Origin: Gonapodya sp. JEL0774
Taxonomy: Eukaryota
Assembly: GCA_027604505.1 (NCBI GenBank)
Contig: JADIIX010000040.1
Location: 124,001 to 167,954, forward strand
Direction of reading: 5' to 3'
DNA length: 43,954 nucleotides
In this document: positions 37,622 to 43,954 of the stretch, in pieces
How positions within the stretch are numbered: position 1 is the first letter of the stretch
How the letters are laid out: each line of letters opens with the position of its first letter
Position numbers and translations under genes: made by a program
Notes under the pieces: generated by a model
What the model was told of the DNA's origin: nothing
The model's input: the letters and a program-made list of their open reading frames with translations, nothing else
Databases searched by the model: none

Positions 37622-38518
37622 CTACCCCGGCCAACCCCCTAACTGCTTCGTGCCCCACGTCAAAACAGCCTTCATTTTTCCCGCCCACCGTCCACCATCG
37701 AAGCTCTCCTCAGAAAACCTCAAGAACGCGCCCTCAATCTCTCCCACAAACTTGGTCTTGGCATCCTCACTCCACGCCCTCGCGGCCACACTCTTGACCA
37801 AGTGCGCGCAGGCGAGGGCAAAGTCTTTGGGTTCGACGTCAGGCGTGAAACTCCAAATCTCACTCTTCACATCGCGAAACCCGGCGCTTTCCAGCTTCTT
37901 CTTCGCACTCTCCGGCTCGAACCACGCCTGTCCCGGGAACAGGCGCTTGGGGTCAGGTAGCGCGGGGGCGTCGGGGAGGAATTTTGCGAGTGCGGGGAGC
38001 AGAATCTCGGTCCACCAGGAGAACTGGTTCCAGGAGGTGAAACCTGCGACACCGTTGGGTTTCAGCATGCGCAGCGTTTCTTTGAGCACTGCATCCTCGT
38101 CCGCGGCGAAGAAGACGCCAAAGTTATTGAAAATGTAGTCGAAGTGCGAGCTTTCCAGGCCCGGGCTTTGTTGGTCGAGGCGGAGGGCGGAGATTTTGCC
38201 CGAGAGAGATTGGTATTCCGCCGAGTCTGCGCGCTGTCGGAGGAAGGAGAGGTAGTTCTCGTCCAGGTCTGCGCCGGTGATTGAGGCGATTTGGGAGGGC
38301 TGGAGTGAGGGGACGATGGCGCGGAAAATGAGCGTGCCGATTCCGGATGCGTTGTCGAGGATGTGGAGTGGTTGGCCGGGTATCTGTTGTTGTTGTTGGC
38401 GTTCGGTGAGGATTCTGCCAACGATTTCTTGGGCCGGAGGACCGGTGAGGTGCTCATTGATGAGTGCGATTTGGTGCGATGCGTTTGTCGCCGTTGAGCT
38501 GAGTTCCTTGGATGCCAT
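37622..38518 (-). CDS. Class I SAM-dependent methyltransferase, intronless (about 298 aa)
   Basis: Motif I ILDNASGIG, ITGADL, LDQQ...FDYIFNNFGVFF, and LKETLRMLKPNGVAGFTSW. Likely start MASKELS at 38518. Confidence 0.9.
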   Translation of the reverse strand: MASKELSSTATNASHQIALINEHLTGPPAQEIVGRILTERQQQQQIPGQPLHILDNASGIGTLIFRAIVPSLQPSQIASITGADLDENYLSFLRQRADSAEYQSLSGKISALRLDQQSPGLESSHFDYIFNNFGVFFAADEDAVLKETLRMLKPNGVAGFTSWNQFSWWTEILLPALAKFLPDAPALPDPKRLFPGQAWFEPESAKKKLESAGFRDVKSEIWSFTPDVEPKDFALACAHLVKSVAARAWSEDAKTKFVGEIEGAFLRFSEESFDGGRWAGKMKAVLTWGTKQLGGWPG

Positions 38519-38999
38519 AGCGGTGGTCAACTGTGCCGCGTGGAGAGCATGCGACGCTGGTTTTATGGCTGGGAGAACGTTTGTTTGTCCTTTAGCCGCG
38601 GTGCCTTGGCCGCAGAACTCGCCAGGAAATAGAGACGCAAGTTTTCCACCAGAATCCGTTGGAATTTGGAATTCAGAGAAAGAATATAATTTATAATGGA
38701 CCAAACAAGACAGCGTGGCTCTATTCGCGCCACCAGGCCTTCTGCCCTTGAATGGGGCGGGGAGGGGGGGGGGTGAAACCGCGCTAGAACCGGGTTCCGA
38801 TGCTACCGGGGCTCCGCGTCACTCCTACGTAATTTTTCAAGTGGATTTTCGTAATCTCTGTAAAACTTCGGTCAGATTCAGGGAACAGAGGTTAACTGTA
38901 AAAATACAGGAAGTCCCTGTCAAGTGCGTGCCCGGGCCCGGCCACAGCACGACATTTCACCGAAACCAACAACCGAACTCACCTCGTTACGCTCACGTC

Positions 39000-40985
39000 A
39001 TGGAGCATCCACATCAACGCTCACAAGAAAACTCCCCGAAACCTTTCTGGAAGGTCGCTGTCCTCCGTTCTAGCAGAACCCTGACGACGCTCACCGTCCC
39101 AATTGCCCGCCTGATGTCTGGTCCCATCCGATTAGCCGTCTTGGTCTTCCAGTTTGCTTTTATCACCGTAACAATCGTGTGTGTTCCGAGAATGCTTTGG
39201 AGGATACGGAGGTCAGCGATCGAGGTGAAGGAGAGACGCCAATTTCGTGACGAAGCCATGGCGAGACAGATCGTCTCCCCTATCGAGAGTCTCCCAGTGG
39301 AAATCCTTCTCAAAATCCTAAGGTGGGAGGTTCTACCACTCTGTTGCATGTTGCAGATTACGGACTGTGACAGCGAGGTAACGTCATCCTACGACGCTAA
39401 TATCTGCACCAGGCGGCTCGACCCAATCATGCTCGCGGGAAAAGTCGCTAAACTGAACCAAAACTTGCGAAATCTTGCCATTGATGATGACCGTGGGTTC
39501 AGTGCCTCGTGTCGATACCGTTCCTTTGCTGTCAACCTTACCCAGCCCTCCATCCGACCCTGGCTTTGCTGCACCCGACAACAATCAGTTTGGCGACATC
39601 ACATAGCTAGAGACTTTGGGGACCTCGAACGGCGTCAAGAGCAGCGTCAAGTGCAAGCCAGCGGGCATCATTTTGCCGTGGCGATCCCATCGCTTACAGT
39701 TAGAAGCCAAGCGTATTTCCGAGAGTACGGCAAACTATACTTGGCATACCGTAATTCATATCGCTGCGATCGCTACGCTCGCATTGCTCCAACGGAGCTT
39801 GACGAAGATGTCGCCTTCGGTCTCACACACATTGTCAATACGGAATTCTGGGCATCAATCCGCATAGTGTCAGAACTTCTCACCTTGCTAATCCCAACTA
39901 TGATTTTCTGGTTGATTTCTGTCATCTGCGCCTTCGTTGATGCCGCAAAATTTGATCTAGATGCAGAATTCTTCTCAATCGCTTGGGAAGACGTGCAGGA
40001 ATTTCTACGTGGCGTGAAGGAGCTAACCTATGGTTTAGAAGAATTGCCGAAGTGCGCTTCGTTCTGGATTTGGATGATGGGAGAGCCCGCCATGGTTATA
40101 CTCTCCTCAGCATTCCTTTTACTCTGGATGAGCCTCCCACTGTTCATTGTTGCCAGCATGCGTGTTTCGAAGCTTTTCCTTGTAAAAGCCGTTGCACTGG
40201 TTCTCCACCTGGGGAGGGCTGGAGTGCTAATATCAGACAATTATTTCATGGTAGATCCATCTCGGAGGAATGATATGTGGGAGTGCCTCCCATCGTGGGT
40301 CCAAGCCGTAGGCCAGCCAGTCCTCAGTCGGTTTCTCATGGTGTGGCATGCACACGGTCTCTCTCTTCCTTCTTTTATCATACGGCTCTACGATACTTTT
40401 GCTAACTCAGCCGCAGCGTTGGGTTTACGAATTAGGATTGCTGGATTCCGCTATGATCGCGATTACCGAAGGGACTACCAAGAGCGCAATATAGACACTC
40501 CCATGGTTATCAGCCTCCTCTTTGCATTCACGTTATGGTATCTCTTGTGGGCGCCAGTTGTTTTCGCTGCCCTAGTGTCATTGTGGTCACTACCTGCGGT
40601 CGCGGCATGCGCGGGGAGGTACTGGTGGGGGGACAGCCTACGGAGCATCGGCACCATCATATTTTTTCCAATTACATCTCCATCCAGCCCACCAGGCATT
40701 TTTGAAATTTTGCTGGGCCAGTACGAATTCTTCACTTTGGCGGCTTTGTTGGCGGGCTTGGTTGCCTGGCACATAGTTTGTATTCGCCACATGAGACTTC
40801 TTTGGAAACGGCAACCGAGTTTCGGCGTCGAAGTTTGTTTCACCCAGGGAGTTTTAAGCTTGTTGATCATCTTGTCGGAGGAAGTCCCACTACTGGCCAT
40901 GTTCTTGGCTGGATCGGGAATACCACTATTACTTGGGCTGTACGTGTCATTTTTTTCGGACGTTTGTGAATCGAGTCGTGGGTGA
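39000..40985 (+). CDS. F-box-like, multi-pass membrane protein, intronless (about 661 aa)
   Basis: Single long ORF from ATG 39000. F-box-like IESLPVEILLKILRW, a post-F-box VWRHHIARDF, and several hydrophobic helices, one before and many after the F-box. Confidence 0.6.
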   Translation: MEHPHQRSQENSPKPFWKVAVLRSSRTLTTLTVPIARLMSGPIRLAVLVFQFAFITVTIVCVPRMLWRIRRSAIEVKERRQFRDEAMARQIVSPIESLPVEILLKILRWEVLPLCCMLQITDCDSEVTSSYDANICTRRLDPIMLAGKVAKLNQNLRNLAIDDDRGFSASCRYRSFAVNLTQPSIRPWLCCTRQQSVWRHHIARDFGDLERRQEQRQVQASGHHFAVAIPSLTVRSQAYFREYGKLYLAYRNSYRCDRYARIAPTELDEDVAFGLTHIVNTEFWASIRIVSELLTLLIPTMIFWLISVICAFVDAAKFDLDAEFFSIAWEDVQEFLRGVKELTYGLEELPKCASFWIWMMGEPAMVILSSAFLLLWMSLPLFIVASMRVSKLFLVKAVALVLHLGRAGVLISDNYFMVDPSRRNDMWECLPSWVQAVGQPVLSRFLMVWHAHGLSLPSFIIRLYDTFANSAAALGLRIRIAGFRYDRDYRRDYQERNIDTPMVISLLFAFTLWYLLWAPVVFAALVSLWSLPAVAACAGRYWWGDSLRSIGTIIFFPITSPSSPPGIFEILLGQYEFFTLAALLAGLVAWHIVCIRHMRLLWKRQPSFGVEVCFTQGVLSLLIILSEEVPLLAMFLAGSGIPLLLGLYVSFFSDVCESSRG

Positions 40986-41192
40986 TACCTTCGTGTCACT
41001 TCTGTTGTTCCGGTGACGGGACTCCATATACTGTTCACTCAAAAGTTCTTCTCATGAGTAATTTTATGCTTCAGTTTGTGTGCATCTATGTATAATAATT
41101 TAAGCAAAAGTGGATTTACGATTTTGGATAATATTTGACTAAGTGCATTTTTTTTTATTTCTAGTACACTTTCAAGGATTCAAGTGGTCCCC

Positions 41193-43954
41193 ATGTCCGC
41201 CTCTGCCATTCTCGCCCGTGTCCCGCATCACCCGCATCCCGCAGGTGTCCCACGACTCACGCGAGTTGATTCTCTGGTGCTGGGACGTGGTGGGAATGCG
41301 AATCCCGACCACAGTCGCAGACACGCTCGACACCTTTGGTCTCTTCACATCGGCTGCACCCGCACTCCACATCCAACGCATCCCCCGCATCCGACCCTGT
41401 CTCCCACTCCTGCGGCCTTCAGGCTCAGGCAATGGCCACTGCAGGGACTCCACTCCTCGCACTCCTCGGCCACGTCATCCCTGGATGTCTCCCACTCTGT
41501 CCCTCTTGCATTCGACACATTCCAGTCCACAGCGCAGGCCACAGCACCGTCCACAGCACACCCCTCTTCCGCCTTCCCCTCCTCATCCCCTCCCTCCCCT
41601 CCCTCCCCCTCTCCCCCCTCCTCCCCCCACTCCCTCCTCATCCTCCACGGTCTCTTCGGCTCAAAGCGCAACTGGCGCTCTGTCGCAAAGGCAATCGCAG
41701 CTTCCCCTCAAACGCATTCAATCATCGACTCCGTCTACACAATCGACCTCAGAAACCACGGCGACTCCCCTCACTCCAAGGACATGAACTACCACCTCAT
41801 GGCTCAAGATATCAAGGTGCGCCTCCTACTCCGGGCTGGCTCCGTGGGTCCGTGGGTCCGTGGTGTGCACGTGCGGAGGGTGTGTGCGAGGTGTGGGATG
41901 GGGCTTGGGGCCGGGACTGCCACGGCTTGAATGCCTGTGCCGCGTTGTCGACCACAAAATGGAGCCACCACACACGGGAACGGTTCGCGTGGGCGGGGGA
42001 GCTAACCGCAGGCCTCGCAGGCGATCCCGCTGGTTGTCATGAGAGTTTTAGTTTTATTTCCCGACTTGCGCGCACAACGTTTTGCGGTGTGACAAACCAT
42101 GAGGGGGGTATCGGGTGGTCCCGGTGCTTGTTGTGCGGTGATCTTCGAGGTTCCACTGGGGACCGTGTTTGTAGAACACACAGCCCCCTGGAACCTGGAA
42201 CACCCGTCCTCCACAAAAACCCGCTTACACACTCATTCCACTTCGCCTCCGCCCTCTCCCCTCCCCCCTCCCTTTCACTTCCCACTCTGCCCACCCACCC
42301 TCTCCTCCCCGCACCCCCTAGCGCTTCCTCTCGGACCACTCCATCACCAACCCCATCATCATGGGACACTCCATGTGAGCAGAGCACCCCCGTATCCCGT
42401 GGGCTCGCACATCCTCATTCCTTATCCATGGTTGAAACTCTCTCTTGTCTCGTTGCGTCTCTGTCAATCCCTACACCTCCCCACTCCCAGGGGCGGTAAA
42501 GTCGCAATGCACCTCGCGTAAGCATGCACCCCTGTCATGTCATGGTGCCCCCATACTATGTGTTTTCCGCTGTCTTACGCCGACCGACGCCCTCCACGAT
42601 CTGCCATTCCAACACACACCACCCCCCCAACCCGGCCAGCCTCACCTCCCCCTCGCTCGTCTCCTCCCTCATCGTGGTCGACATACCCCCACGTACGTAG
42701 ATCCACCCCACACGTCACGCACCACTCCACGTCCCGCCGCTAGCTCACAGTCGCACATGTCCGTCCCCATCCGCATCCACCCCCACCCCCCCTCAAGTCC
42801 CCCTCCCCCCCACCCGGACCTTCCCCCTCTACATCAACACCATGCTCCGTATTGCAGGCCGTGGCGGTAGCGGTGGCGGGATCGGTGGGGGGGCGCCCGT
42901 CGCGACGCTCCAAGACGCACAACGGGCCTTGAACGAGGTAGAACGAGATCCGGCCGTGGTCAAGTTCTTGGCGACGAATTTTAGAGTGGGGGGTGGGTTG
43001 CCCGGGGGGGGGGGGAGGGAGGGGGGTTTAGAATGGCGGGAGGGGGGCGCAGGGAACAAGAGCAGAACAAGGGGAAAGAGCGGAAACGTGGACCAGCTCT
43101 GATCGACATGGCGGTTGGACTGTGTGGTGGTACTGTACCCCGGACCGTTATCGGGAGTTCTCATGTCCCATTGTCCCGCTACCTTCCCCATTTCCCCCTT
43201 CCACCGCGCAACCGCCGGCCCTACACACCGCTCCGCCTTCCGTCTCGCCCTCCCAGCCTCGGGTGTCGAACTCATCCCCAACATGGAGGGCATACGGGAC
43301 GCGTTGGACGATATATGGTACGTTGCGTGTGTGGGGGGTGTGCTATGGGGGCAGGGGGTGGGGGATGTGGGGCTCGCTGCACGCATTTGCGCGGACCGGA
43401 TACCCTGGGTCGATTCAGTTGCTCACAACTCCACATTACGTACCGCACGCACGCCCTCCACACTCTTCCCACTCCGAAAACACCAACCCACCCCGCGACA
43501 CCGACACGGCCGGTCTGGTCCCGGGTGTGAGAAAGGTCGTTCCCCATGACGGACCAGGAGAAGGTGTTTGATAAGCCGGTGCGTATGATGCCGGGGGGGT
43601 TTGTGACCCACCGTCCCACCCTCAAACCGTCCCACCGTCCGACCCTCCCGCAATCCCACCATTCCCCTCATCCCCGTCCCCCCGTGCCCGCCCCCTTCCG
43701 CCCTCTCAGTCCCTGTTCGTCCGCGGCTCGCTCTCCCCCTACGTATCGCCCACGACATACGACAAGATCCACCGCATGTTCTCCAGGGCCAGGATAGAGA
43801 GTGTGGAGGGGGCGGGGCACTGGGTGCATGCGGAAAAGAGCGGAGGTGGGTTAGGCTGGGGTGGGAGGGGGGGGGGGGGGGGTGCGTGGTGCGTGGGGTG
43901 GGTTTGTTTTTGTGTTCAAAGTTGGTAATGATGGGATGTTTGGTAGCATAGTAA
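41193..43954 (+). CDS. ABHD11/IMO32-like alpha/beta hydrolase (3' end runs off the right edge)
   Basis: LLILHGLFGSKRNWRSVAK, IDLRNHGDSPH, spliced nucleophile elbow GHSM|GGKVAM, LIVVDI, FLATNF, and GHWVHAEK near 43817-43840. Confidence 0.9.

Noticed and set aside
1..40985. Five ubiquitin/SUMO-pathway genes in one window (HECT, CRT10, ULP, RBR, F-box) as a functional cluster
   Set aside because: They are interspersed with unrelated housekeeping genes, the pathway is very gene-rich, and there is no sign of shared regulation.

Overview
Gene-dense, intron-rich eukaryotic DNA with short GT-AG introns. It is most consistent with an early-diverging zoosporic fungus (chytrid/monoblepharid such as Gonapodya); this assignment is inference only. 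About 15 protein-coding genes were modelled by hand: an AZUL-HECT E3 ligase (partial), a ZIP metal transporter, an ERp38/TigA-type PDI, an orphan 7-TM protein, an LBP/BPI-like secreted protein, CRT10, an SCT1/GPT2-type acyltransferase (GPAT), ARP5, a CorA-family Mg2+ transporter, NDUFA9, a ULP2-like SUMO protease, an RNF216-like RBR ligase, a SAM methyltransferase, an F-box/multi-TM protein and an ABHD11-like hydrolase (partial). There is also a frameshifted GPAT paralog and a candidate MITE. The most interesting signal is the orphan gene at 7212-9422. Its spliced ~594-aa product has the helix layout of the gustatory/odorant receptor-like (GRL/DUF3537, '7TMIC') ion-channel superfamily, and it lies tail-to-tail with the LBP/BPI-like gene. 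Other highlights are 3-nt, 7-nt and 17-nt micro-exons that encode signature or catalytic residues. Exon models are manual and untested, and no database searches were run.
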